Under the pieces are notes generated by a model. It was not told the DNA's origin and did not search any database. It saw only the letters and a list, made by a program, of their open reading frames with translations. From assembly GCF_002105155.1 (NCBI RefSeq), contig NW_019029009.1:310001-374000 (forward strand): a DNA stretch of 64,000 nt, in the 5' to 3' direction. Source of the stretch: Lobosporangium transversale. Lineage: Eukaryota. This document shows, one piece after another, positions 31,365 to 44,105 of this stretch (position 1 is the first letter of the stretch; every line of letters begins with the position of its first letter). A program made the position numbers and the translations under genes.

Positions 31365-32266
31365 CCTGCTAAACACAATAGCTACTCCATGATAAGCTAC
31401 TCTTTTATGCTTCAACGTGGAGACGGTGTTCCACCTCAAAAACAGAAGCGAGCCAGGAACCAGCTCTGCATCTCTTATTTTCTTTAGAACTTCTCTTTTT
31501 TTCCTATTATTTATTCTTCCTCCTCTCTCTTCCTTTCTTTACACTACGTTCTCATACTGTCCCCATTATCAGGCTGCGCCCTCCATTCTACAAGAGTTTG
31601 TCCTAGCCTCCTTTTAACTCTTCCTCTCAATGCTCTAGTCCTCTCAATCTCATTCTGTCCATGCATACCTACTGTTGTGGGTCCACTTGATGTCTGGATG
31701 ATGATTGCTGGAAATGAATGAAAGAGAGGGGGTGGAGGGAGTAAGGCCATTTATAAATCATCATCGGTAGTTCCAAAAGAAAAAAATATAAAATTATCCT
31801 TCTAAATAGTATTGGCTCGGATAGAGCGCAGCACCTGCGATAATAAATTTTCCGGGATCTTTTCACTGTCGATGGAGATTTTGTCATTTGCTTCATTAAA
31901 TGAGCACATGGAATGAATGAATGAATGAAGTCTAATAATAAATTGCGTTTTTTTTTTTTTTTTTCTTCTTTTCTTTTTTCTTTTATTGACATTTTTAAAG
32001 AACTAGAACAAAGATTAATAAACTTGATGGCGACAATGAAAAAATGCTTGTGAAAAAAAAAAAAAAAAAAAAAAAAAGTTTTAAGATTGGTCAAGGTGAC
32101 AGATATGCATGTGTCTATCTATCTCTGTGTTGAATCTCTCTGATCAGTTGGGGGGTAAAACATATTCAATTGACATCTAAAAATATAAATATAAAAACAA
32201 CGGCGGCTAGTCTCGTGCTTCTCACGCGCACATCCTTCTTAACACATCTCTTCATTTTTAAACGAC

Positions 32267-33018
32267 ATGGCACAAGACGAAGTATGCAAACACATCACAA
32301 CCGTTGTCTTTAATCAATGTCAAAAGGTCGTTTTAATGCTCCTCCACATCTTTCAGTTGCTCATTCAGTGCATTATGTCTAAATAGAAGAACAAATTCGA
32401 TATCAAAGCAGCAACGGTGATCCTTGAGGATGTAAGCTTTATAAATAAAATAGCCGCCAGACGGTGCCATGAGCGCATGCTCTATTGACTATGTATGTTT
32501 ATTCCAAGTTTTAAACTAATATATATAAACTTGGATTCAATGTGTTTGTAGGTCGTTAAAAAAACTCTCAAGGATGCAGAATACCGTCCCGACTTAGTTC
32601 CCGAATGGCAAGCTACCATTTATCGAGAGGCCATTTCCCGATTGACACAACTCAAAGGCACCTTCAAGTACATCGGTAAAATCTTCAACTTTTTAATTTA
32701 ATTTTTAATTTTGCTTTATTTTGCTGCGACTACTCTCTAATTATTATTACCATTATTATAATGGATGAAAAAGTAACAAGTACCATACTCGAGTCTGTTG
32801 GAGCAGGTGTTCATATTTCTTCAACGAGTCTATGGGATGCAGAGTGTGACGGTAACAATTCAGAACATTGTATTTCTATGTCCTTATAAACAAAGATTTT
32901 ACAGGTTTTTCTTTCTTTAATGAGTTAACTCCTGTTTTCAATATTAGGTTCCGCTGTTTATCGCTTTGAGAACAAGACATTGATTGCCTTTGTGTACGCG
33001 TTCGGGTTGTCAGTGTAG
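32267..33018 (+). CDS. Dynein light chain, Tctex-1 family (5 short exons; absent from the ORF track)
   Basis: Spliced at GT-AG sites: MAQDE|KNKFDIKAATVILED|VVKKTLKDAEYRPDLVPEWQATIYREAISRLTQLKGTFKYIV|TSTILESVGAGVHISSTSLWDAECDG|SAVYRFENKTLIAFVYAFGLSV*; FKYIV, WD..DG and FEN motifs. Confidence 0.88.
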
Positions 33019-33249
33019 ATAAAGGCATCGTCAAGTATATATTTTACAATTATTAACGTCAAAACTGATGGGCTCAAAATAATAATAATAATAATAATAA
33101 TTAAGCAATGAAGATACAAGGAATAAAACCAATCGCGCAAAAAAAAAAAAAAAAAAAAAAAACAGAAAGATAATCAGAGATCAGAAAACAAATTCCTTTG
33201 GCTAAATAAATAAATATATAAAAAAAAAAATAAAAAAAAAGTCGGCAGC

Positions 33250-34917
33250 TTAGACTACGACTTGGCGTTGAGCCTGTTCCAACGCTCTAATCTTCTCCAA
33301 AAATGATCTGACATTGCCCTCGTTCACTCCTTTAAGATTATGTAGCTGCTGCCTTTGAATGGCATGCTGGCCTTGTTGGTTGGTATTTTCATGACTATGC
33401 TGCTGTTCGCCACCACTCTCAAATTCATTATCGCCGTCCAAATCCATATGATCGCCATCTAAATGACTCGCTATTGTTTTGTACGATGAAGCATAACCCC
33501 CTGGGCCACTTTCATTTCCAGAACCAGCTCCAGAGGACGGTAATGACGGAAGCGATTGTCTCCTTAGTAGTTCCTGCGGCTCTGGTCGTGGCAACGACAG
33601 TTTCTTTACAATATCGACGGCTAGGATACTCATGTCTCGTAGCTGACTTTTTCGGAATTGTATCTCGTCCAGGCTTGTCTTTAAATCTTGGCGACTCATT
33701 TGGAGTTGATGATCTAATTCCTGTAAACGCCATGTGGCTCGACCGTTTGCATCTGTTAGTTCTTGGAGAGCCCGATGAATATCACTCGCCATTTTATCGC
33801 GTGCTTGATGTTGTGTCTTGAACTCTGCTGTGAAAGGTGAATAGGGCCATTTGAATGTTTCTAGCGGGTGGTCTTTAGTGTTGGATTAAAAAATAAAAAT
33901 AAAAAAATAAAAAAAAATAGTAGAAAATCATCGTTTTGTTAATATGTTGACTGACGGAAAAAATCTAAAAAAAATAAAATAAAAATAAAAAAAATACCTA
34001 AATCAATCGGATTGTTTTGGAAGCCAAATCGTCCGACTATCGGACGTGGTACCTGTGCGGCTGCTACGGCTGCTGCCTTCTTGGTTACTTTAGGAACCTT
34101 GGGTGTTTTTGTTGCTGATTTGGTTCCAGCTTCCTTTCCCGTAGCAGGAGTCCTTTTTTTGTATTTAGTTCCTTTCTTGGGACCCTTCTTCTTTTTCACG
34201 ACCTCTTCCGATGCAACAATAGCAGGCTGGAGAGAGAGATATATATTTAAACATTAATATTATCAAAATACGTTAATACGTAGAATTTGCCCACATGTTT
34301 CACAAAAAAAGTGAATTGTTTTTCGTAAACATACAGTGGCCCCTGTCGCTGCTGCGAGCTGTGCTGTCGACATCTCAGTAACATCTTCTGTTGCTGTAGT
34401 AGCAATCGATTGCGATGGCTCCTTTGTTTGTGTCAATGGTCCCTTTCCTTTTACTTCTCTTCCTCTTCCACCCTCTGTCGCAGCACTCTTTTTGCGTCCC
34501 TTTTTTGAGGGTCTTGAACACGCTTCCGTCGATGTTAGCTTCGAAGTACTACTGCCTTGCTTTTGACCGTCATCATCACCACTCTCCTCCATTGCTTCAT
34601 CCGTTTCAGATCCATTATTATCATCTACAGGCGAGAGTAATAGTTTTGTGTGTGTGTTGTATGTTAGTTCCTGTATCGTATATTTGACCAACTCTAAAGC
34701 CAAAGCTTTAACCCAAAACAAGGGAAAGCTCAGTCAAGTACCGACTGATAAAGGTATAACCGGAATCGCCGAATAATACAAAAATAAAAGGAACGAATAA
34801 TAATATGAACTAATTGTGGCACCTCCTACCAGAGCTTGGTTCACTCGTTGGCTCAAAGTCGAGGTCTTCTGCAGAGTCTGAGTCTGAATCATACTGCATC
34901 GACATGAAGGACGCCAT
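33250..34917 (-). CDS. Hypothetical multi-exon protein (acidic N-terminus, Lys-rich middle, coiled-coil C-terminus)
   Basis: Start MASFMSMQYDSDSD; ORF pieces 34263-34721, 33939-34199 and 33250-33792 separated by introns. Confidence 0.65.
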
Positions 34918-35413
34918 GACAAGATGTTAACTGTTCTCTGGAGAAAGCTGTTTCGCTGATGTTGTTATGAAGATGATATTTAAACGATGGATGGGGAGGG
35001 AAGGGAGGGAGAAGCGAGGCAGGATGTATGATGAAAAATTGAATATGCTTTTGAATGCAAGCACGCGTAGATGCAAAAAGGGCGTTTGTTGGGTAGATTC
35101 AAGTGAAAAGTCGTAGGTTGGTCCACTCCCTTATTGCTTGCAAATCGAATAATTGACCCCGCGTTTGGGTATACCATAAACAAGCCACGCAGTGTTCATT
35201 AGAAACTAATTTAAGCTCAAAGAAAAAAAGCATAGAAACTCTATTCATACAATCATATCTCATTGACTATACTTGAGGCATTTATTGTCATCATTATTAT
35301 TACTGTAATTAGTACCAGTACATATGCCTTTAATGGGAAGCAGAAAAGAGAAAAATGTATTCTATGCAGTGTTACATCTAAACGTAATATATCATCTAAA
35401 TTCCGCAGGCTAA

Positions 35414-37588
35414 TTAAGGCTTCGTAACAGCCGTAGACAATTTTTCAGAAACAGGATAAGCAGAGGATAGAGGAGAAGTTGCAGCTGAGACAGCAAATGA
35501 TGTAAGATTCGATGTGGGTGGTGCTTTTAATGAGTCGGCATCAACTGTGTTAGGCGTGGGCATGGTCTGCTCCGATGAGAGATGCTGGTGATCAAATGCT
35601 GGTGTGATAAAGTCTAGGTCGTCTTGGTTCGAATGGATTAACTCATTCATGATACCATTTTCATTTCCTATTGGGACTTGATGTGGGATACCGCTTTCAC
35701 TAATATTACTCAGGTCTCCGTACGCAGCGGAGACTATGTAAATTATTAATATGAATAATGATAGCCACCTCTATAAGTTTCAGTCCTTCTTAGCTATCTC
35801 AAAAGGATAAATGCATTTATGTTGTGTGAGAGGATGGCTTACCGAATTCAGGGTTATTCAGGTAATCACTGTCAAAGTTAAAATCATTCATATCCAATCC
35901 GTGGGCTTCGAGAGCCTCGATACTGCGCTGCAACTGTTCCATTTCCTTTGCAATCCTTTCAATATCTCTTACAACATTAGCTCCTGCGGGTGTTTGAGTA
36001 AAGGATTGGGGTAAAGGAGTCATGGTTGCTTCCCTTGCATTTGCCATTGATATTGATCGAAGTAAGTCTTGCTGTGCAGGATTGATCTCATTTGGAAGAG
36101 GTCCAGCTGGGATCTTCAGACTTGAGGGATCGAACTTAAAAGGTTGACTAGTAGGGTAATCTGGCAGACTTACAGTGGTATCAGGCGTTACCGGCTCTGT
36201 TTTATTTAAAGATTTAGGTTTTGAAGTGGTAGTCTCCGGACTAGAGGTCGATATGGACGCCAAAGTCGAACTGGAAATGGATGACACAGGAGGAGTTTGG
36301 CTCATATCGGCAAGTAAAGCTAATGTTGCTAGTTACCAGTAAAAAAATATGAATAAGACGGCAGAAAAGGGTTTGAAGTAGAGGCAGAGACAGAGATATT
36401 CAACTTACCAGGAGTTACTTCATTTAAACTGGGGGCCGAACTCATACTGGTTGATGATGGAGCAGGGCTTGTGTCTTGCTCCGTCGTTGATGCACGCTTG
36501 CGTTTGACACCTAATGTCTTTGCTATCTCATCATATTCTCCATGGTCTTCGCTATTTTCACTACTAACATCGCCGCCGAAAGTGTCGTCCTGGTCTCCTT
36601 CAATAATCGCCAATCTAGGTTTCTTATTAGGAACAATTGATCTCTTGTTATCTCCTGAAAACACACTGGCCAAAAATCGTAGGATTTTGTCAATCGTCTC
36701 CTGTTGACACCGATGTCTTTCTCTTGCAGATATAGACTCTTGCCAAAGCGATAGATGGTCCCTCTCGATTTTCTTAAGATCTGCTGAGATGGCTTGCTGG
36801 TGTTTTTTGATGGCTGAAACTTCTTGTAGTATATGTGAAAGATCCAATGTAAGAGCATCCTTATCTTCGTTCCCGTTTGAAGCTTTTTTACGCGAGACTA
36901 AGCAAAGCAGATCGGGCTGATTCTTCTGAAAATGAGGGTTGCTAAACTCCAATTGCTCTGAGCTTGAGTCCGGAAGAAGAACACCTTGCTGTAGATGGGG
37001 TACTTTATGAAACCCATACATGTTAAGCTGCCGGACAAACGATGGAAGCTTATTATGTTTGAAGAATTTTGGTAACAATTCGTTCGCAAAATCCACATGC
37101 TTGAGTACTATTCAGGGGCATTTCAATACCAGCGGATACGTGTTAAGATTGAGAATATCCAACGGGATGAAATTGATTCTATGTATGATGTCGCTCAGAG
37201 GTATTTATGTTAACATACCAATAAAAGACTGTCCGTCATCAGACCACTTGATCAAGTCGTTTGATGCCTCATCGCTAACCATTCTATAGAATTTACAAAG
37301 CTTGATATTAGCTGCTGCGGCTTATGCAGCGAGCAAATGTATACTCATTTGTGCTTACTTGTAAAGTTTCGTTAAAAAGGCTGCAACATTCCCTCGAGCT
37401 GTGCTGGAAGGTCTAGGGAGCTGTTTCATTGTTGGGGCAGATGTAGATTCTCCAGTATCTGATGTTACTGAGGGTAAGTCAGCTTTAGGCACTTTACCAC
37501 TCAAACCTTGGCCTTGGGTTGTATTAGCCCCACGTGCGTTGGAAGACGAGGCTTGTAGCAACTCCAAGTTTTGGTCAATATTATTCAT
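35414..37588 (-). CDS. HSF1: Heat shock transcription factor
   Basis: NVAAFLTKLY|MVSD..LIKWSDDGQSFI|FANELLPKFFKHNKLPSFVRQLNMYGFHKVPHLQQG..EFSNPHFQ; HR-A heptads ending QQETIDKILRFLASVF. Confidence 0.92.
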
Positions 37589-38170
37589 TGAAGCTTTATT
37601 ATTGCTCACAGCCAGAGAATTGAGGAAAGATATTTTTTTACTCAAATTTACACAGGAGAGCGTCAATACCGGTGATTAAGTTAAGAATAATGCAACTGTC
37701 AATGAAATAAGAATGTGTAATTGAGGAAATGAAAGGCGAAGTAAATTACAGAGTAGTTTGGGGCCTTATAATGAGGCAAGATTCAGCAGGAAAGAAAGAA
37801 AAAGCGAAATATATAAGTCTGCAGTTTCTACAAGGAATCAATAGGATCAAGTTGAATGAATCTGGGGTAATGCAAGACACAGGGATACAAAAGAAACCGA
37901 CCCCAATCCCCAACCTCAAAACTATGACCATGTTATGCACCAGAGTTTTATGTGGCTGTCATTTTATTTAGTGGCAAATATTACAAGAACACAGTTTTTT
38001 ATTATTATGTACAAACGTCAATTGCTCGCAATAACTGGTTTTTTTTTTTTTTTGCTTTCGAAAATTGATTTGCAGTGTCTCTTGTTGCTATGGCAAATGA
38101 TGAAGGGGGAAAAATATACAGGCGAATGAATATGAATTATTGTATCTCGTGGAGAATAGGGTTGTCTCTT

Positions 38171-40379
38171 TTAATCAACCTCCTCGATCGTTGGCTCAGA
38201 GCCGCCCTCACCAGGGAAGCCACCAGGAGCACCGCCAGCAGCACCTGGAGCTGGTCCACCAGCAGCGCCATAGATCTTCATCATGATGGGGTTAGAGATC
38301 TCCTCAAGATGCTTCTGCTTGGCCTCAAACTCTTCCTTTTCTGCTTCCTGGTTACCATCCAGCCAGCTAATAACCTCTTGGCAAGCATCCTCGAGTTTCT
38401 TCTTGTCAGCGGCATCGAGCTTACCGCCGACCTTCTCGTCATTCAATGAGTTCTTGATATTGAATGCAAAAGACTCGAGTCCATTCTTAGCCTGAATACG
38501 TGAAGCAGCGGCCTCATCCTCGGCCTTGTACTTCTCGGCCTCTGCAACCATGCGCTCAATATCCTCCTTGGACAAGCGACCCTTATCGTTGGTAATGGTG
38601 ATCTTGTTTGCACGTCCAGTGGATTTCTCAGCAGCAGAGACGTTCAAAATACCGTTGGCATCAATATCGAAAACGACCTCGATCTGAGGAACACCACGAG
38701 GTGCGGGAGGAATACCTGTGAGCTCGAACTTGCCGAGCAAGTTATTATCTTTGGTGCGAGCACGCTCACCTTCATAGACTTGAATCAAAACGCCAGGCTG
38801 GTTATCAGCATAGGTAGAGAATGTCTCTGATTTCTTAGTGGGAACAGTGGTATTACGTTTGATAAGGGCAGTCATGACACCTCCTGCGGTCTCAATACCA
38901 AGAGACAGAGGAGCGACATCGAGCAGGAGAAGGTCCTGGGTCTTCTCGGAAGTATCGCCGGTCAAAATCGCAGCCTGGACAGCGGCACCATAGGCAACGG
39001 CTTCATCTGGGTTGATAGACTTGTTGGGCTCCTTACCGTTGAAGAAGTCAGAGACCATCTTTTGGATCTTGGGGATACGGGTGGAACCACCGACAAGGAC
39101 AATCTCGTCAACAGCGCCTTTATCGATCTTAGAATCGCGAAGAACCTTCTCAACGGGCTCCATGGTGTTGCGGAAGAGATCCTGGTTGAGCTCCTCGAAA
39201 CGAGCACGGGTCAAGGAAGTATAGAAATCAATACCCTCAAAGAGGGAGTCAATCTCAATGGAAGTTTGAGCAGAGGATGACAGGGAACGCTTAGCACGTT
39301 CACAGGCAGTACGAAGACGACGGAGAGCACGAGGGTTGGAAGAGAGGTCCTTCTTGTGCTTGCGCTTGAATTCCTGGACGAAGTGGTTGACAAGACGGTT
39401 ATCGAAATCTTCTCCTCCCAAATGGGTGTCACCGGCAGTGGCCTTGACCTCGAAGATACCGTCCTCAATAGTAAGAAGGGACACATCGAACGTACCACCA
39501 CCGAGATCAAAGATGAGAACGTTCTTCTCGCCTGCTGTCTTCTTGTCCAAACCATAGGCGATGGCAGCTGCGGTGGGTTCGTTGATGATACGGAGAATGT
39601 TCATTCCAGCAATCATACCAGCGTCTTTTGTGGCCTGACGCTGAGAGTCATTAAAGTATGCAGGGACGGTGACGACAGCATTGGTGACGGTAGTACCAAG
39701 GTAAGCCTCTGCAGTCTCACGCATCTTGGTCAAGACCATGGATGAAATCTCCTCTGGGGTAAATTCCTTCTTCTCTCCTTTGTATTCAACTTGAATATAA
39801 GGCTTGGTAGCCTTTTCGATGACCTTAAAAGGCCAATGTTTCATATCAGATTGGACATCTTTATCGTCGAAGCGGCGACCGATCAAGCGCTTGGCGTCGA
39901 ACACAGTGTTGGTCGGGTTCATTGCTACTTGATTCTTGGCAGCATCTCCGATGAGACGCTCAGTGTCAGTGAAGGCAACATAGGAGGGGGTTGTGCGGTT
40001 ACCCTGGTCATTGGCGATGATCTCAACACGGTCGTTCTGCCAAACAGCTACACAAGAGTAAGTAGTTCCGAGATCGATACCGACGGCTATTAAATAAAAG
40101 GTAAAACGATAAAGGTGGTTAGAAGCTATCCCCAAAGTATAAATGATATAAACGTGATAAGGGAAGGATCGAAGTACAGTCCCATTTGGAATTGGTTCAG
40201 AATGCCTGCATAGAGTTTTCTGAGCCCAGTGTTTCCACATTTATGAAGAGCGGAGGTGCAAAATGAAAAAGGGAACACAACCGGTATCCAAAAGAGCAGG
40301 TCTTCATTGGAGAGGTAGGGAGGAAAGGAATGGAGGATGTCAGGATAGAGGGTTTATACATACCTTTTCCTTCTGGCAT
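38171..40379 (-). CDS. HSP70: Cytosolic Hsp70 (SSA-type), 2 exons
   Basis: Exon1 MPEGK (40379-40364), exon2 from 40086. [37 protein letters not shown]-terminal EPTIEEVD. Confidence 0.98.
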
Positions 40380-40551
40380 TGTTATTATTTCTTTGGTTCT
40401 GTTATAGGTGTATGAATGGACTTGATGTTTGTTATGAGAAAAGTAGAGAGCGAGATAGTCTTTTGTACAGAAAAGTCGAGTGCTTATGCGTGTGGATGCG
40501 AATGGAGTGTGAGAAACGATAAAGAAAAAGAAACGATGTGCGTTTGGGCCA

Positions 40552-40900
40552 TTTTTATACGCACAAGACGGGGCATATTTTTCCATCACCTTCCATGTGC
40601 AAATATGCAGAGAATGACATCAAACTATCACCAACATTTCCAGCAAAATCTCGCGTCTTCCACAATTGCACGATCAAAACAGACTGGTCTGCCAGACATT
40701 TGCCTTTTTTAGACAGCATAATCTTATTCAAATATATAGAATAAATTGAATAAATGACGCTCTTTCATTTTACGATAAATGAAGAACCCAAATTAGCAAA
40801 ATCGAGACGTTTCTGGCAATTACTCTCCCGTTTGCTTTTTATTTTATTTTTACATTAAATGTCTCGTTTACAAAATTATCTGGTGAGTTCTTGAAGGATC
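40552..40900 (-). promoter_or_regulatory. Candidate Hsp70 promoter: TATA box and imperfect heat-shock elements
   Basis: TATAAAAA on the minus strand at 40559-40552; TTC/ATC/TTC at 10-bp spacing (40638, 40648, 40658); TTCttGAAggATC at 40888-40900. Confidence 0.45.
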
Positions 40901-41902
40901 GGATTTTTTTTGGTTCTACACTTTTTATACACAGACACACAGACACAAAACAGCACGAAACGGGGTTGCTTGAAAAGTGAACCCTCTCTTCCATTTATGC
41001 AAGACCAAAAAAAAAAAAAAAAAAGATTAGCGTTTTCCTTTCTTAAAACATTACATGAACCTTACCCTTCATCACTCATGATTCTTCAAGATTGGCATCC
41101 TTCTTCAGTGGCAATGTTTTTTTTTTTTTATTAAAACGATCTATGGAATCGTATAAAATTTATTCACGTATGGTATACTACAAATAGATAGTCTTAATCA
41201 CTAGAGTTTAATAAAGTGTTTGTTTTAAACGCGCCGTTATGATTAGTAATCAGTATGCAATATCCTAGCAAAGAGCCTATTGTTATCGCGGTTACAAAGG
41301 ATCAAGTAAGATGCCAAAACCTCACCATCTCGGCATAAGGATCATGATAGCAACCCCTGTTAATCATTTCTACAATTATTCTCGACCCTTATACCAAAGC
41401 AGTTGGTGATATGGTCGTAAAGCCAAATTCTCTTTCATATCCACAGTAAAGCATCAACCCTTTTATTATCTTCTGCCCTTTTATCATGAGAGCCTATTCA
41501 AACTGTGTTACTTTGCTCCAGATAAAGATTTGCAACCAAGAGCAGAAACAATACAAAATATACAGAGGGTCAAGCTTATCGCTCTTTTTGGTTAGTCTTT
41601 TCAATTATAAGAATTCTGTTAAGTAAACCATTTATATTTGAAAAGGTCTAATCAAAAAGAGCGACCCTCTGATAATGTATAGTTTGATTTTTAGTCTCGT
41701 GAACTTCGTACAAAATTATACGTACATACCATCTTTTCTTGGCGAGAGATGAACCCCTTATTATGAGAATTCGCCGCAGGCATATAGACACTGTTCGCCC
41801 TGTGAGCGACTCTCTGTTCATTCCCATTCCAACTTTTGTTTCAACCACTTTTCTTTTCTCCTCATTTTTCTTTATCTCCTAACGTGCTGTTGTAATCTCT
41901 TC

Positions 41903-43178
41903 ATGAAGTTCCTTACCGTCGCAACGGCCCTCTTGGCCTTGACTGGTAAGTTAAGAATCCATTACACATCCACACCCACATAGACAAATGTCTGTAGTTT
42001 TTCCCCTCTCTGTTTCCAACATCAAATTTATGGTCATGACCATAGCATTCGGTTACAGAGACATCTGTTAAAACAATGAGAAAAAGAACAATAATAATAA
42101 TAATAATGTTGTGCTTCGCCATGGCTTTTATTCGATGTGTGCATAACAACTATAACTCCGCTTCTGCGCTTCCTATCACTGAATAGCCTTTGTCACCGCA
42201 CAAGAGGTCGACAAGAGATTGGTCGATATCTCTGAAACTGAATTAGAGGTCAAGGAGATCCATGACAAATCTGGTGTGGACACTTTTGTTGTCACTGTCC
42301 AGCGAACCGACGATCTTTTGGCCGACGACGGCACTTTCCTTGCCGAGCGTATCATGGCCGTTGCTTTCAACTTCGATGTTCAAAACCATGAGGTATGTCT
42401 ATCAAATTATACCCTGTCCAAATGAGCACAGCCCAACCTTTGCTCTTTTATTTTCATTACGAGATGAAACACAGCAACGTCCTGCATTTTACCTTCATCG
42501 ACTCATACAATTCTATTTCTACTCTTTTATTTTTTACCATTTAACCAGGTTCTACTCAACAATGTCCCTGTATGCATGGAGTCTCAGTATAAACCTGAAG
42601 AACCCATTACGGTTACTGTAGAGGTTGAGGCTGGTGTCATCGTTGGCCCAGCCTTGGATCCCGAGACCAAGGCTGAGGATCTGATGAATGCCTTCGATCG
42701 CGGTCTGGTGACCGTTCAAGTGACTGCCTCGACCGAATATGTTACTGCTGATGATGGATCCATTATCCGTCGTGTTACTCTCCAGGAGAGAATTGTTGAG
42801 GTGAACGGCCACGAGATTACTCAGACTGACCTTGCTCAGCAGATCATTGAGATCATGCCTGATGGTACTCTCGGCAACTACACTCCTATTACCTTCGGCC
42901 GGAAACCCGCTGAAGGAAGCTTCGAGGATGCCATGGAGTCCATCGATGACTGGTTCCGCACGCTCGACTGGCTCGCATTGACCTGCATCGGTATTATTGC
43001 CATGTCCTTTTTTGTTGTTTCAGCTACTACCCTTCGTCTGTTCCTTCGTCTGTTGAGTCTGAAGCGTCGTGCAGCACGTTATGCCAAGATCCAGCAAGAG
43101 GAGACTTCCGAAGACTATGTCCAGGTTGCAATTGTCGATGACAAGGTGGATGACGAAAAGAAGGCTTTAGCTAACTAA
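41903..43178 (+). CDS. Hypothetical signal-peptide protein with single C-terminal TM helix (3 exons)
   Basis: MKFLTVATALLALT|AFVTAQ; exons ~41903-41945, 42187-42392, 42549-43178; TM WLALTCIGIIAMSFFVVSA. Confidence 0.75.
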
Positions 43179-43509
43179 GCATGTCTCGTCTGCTAAAAAA
43201 GAAAGCAATGATTTCTTCGTCTTTGTGCCACATAGTTTTCTATCACCCTCATGTCCCTCCCGACCTTGCTTGGTCTGTGTGTAAAAAAAAAAAATGAAAT
43301 AAAAATATTTATATCTGTACAAATACATATTTTCACTTTCAGTGCAATCTGCAAACAAGGAAGATGGAGATTTCAGGTCATGTGGGACAAAGGATCCTTG
43401 GAATAAAAAATAACATAAAAATATATATAAATACATATTTATAGGTGTTTCTGTGGGGCTGGGCTAAGTATGAGCTTCGTCTTTCCCCTCATTCACCATC
43501 ACCCCCATC

Positions 43510-44069
43510 ATGTCCACTTCTAAAATGATCGCTGCCACCATTAGACAAGTTGCGTTTAAACAAATTACACCTACATTCACACGGATCACTCAAAACACCC
43601 TCTGGTCAAAGTCGTCTTTGTGTAACAGCCATTTACTAATCAACTCGAATCGATTCCTCCATGGAAGAACCAGCGTTACTCGAAAAGCCTTGCTCGCCAG
43701 TTCAACAGCGAACCCTCTTCGGCAATATACTACCAACTCACCAATTGTCAACAAGGAGAAAACGAACGTTAATCAGGGTAAGTGCTATTCTAATATATGG
43801 AGTAACCTCGCTTTGTTCGATTTTGTCCTTGTTTTCCCTCTACTCTTCCCCCATCCTTCATCTTTCTCTACTTTTAATTAAACAAGTTTCTATGCTCAAT
43901 CAACCGTTACTCTATGATCCTTAGCTCCAGCCTTGGCTACCGCTACTGTTCAAGAGGAGAATATGAATGAAACTGCTCAAAAAGACAAACATGAAAAGAG
44001 GTGCGTATATGTACAAAGCTTGATCTTTTGTATCCTCCAGGCTTGCAGCTTTCATCCATTTTGTTCCTG

Positions 44070-44105
<36 letters not shown>

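Noticed and set aside
38075..40093. Plus-strand ORFs overlapping Hsp70 (likewise 55402-56211 over iPGM)
   Set aside because: Antisense shadows of codon-biased, highly expressed genes.
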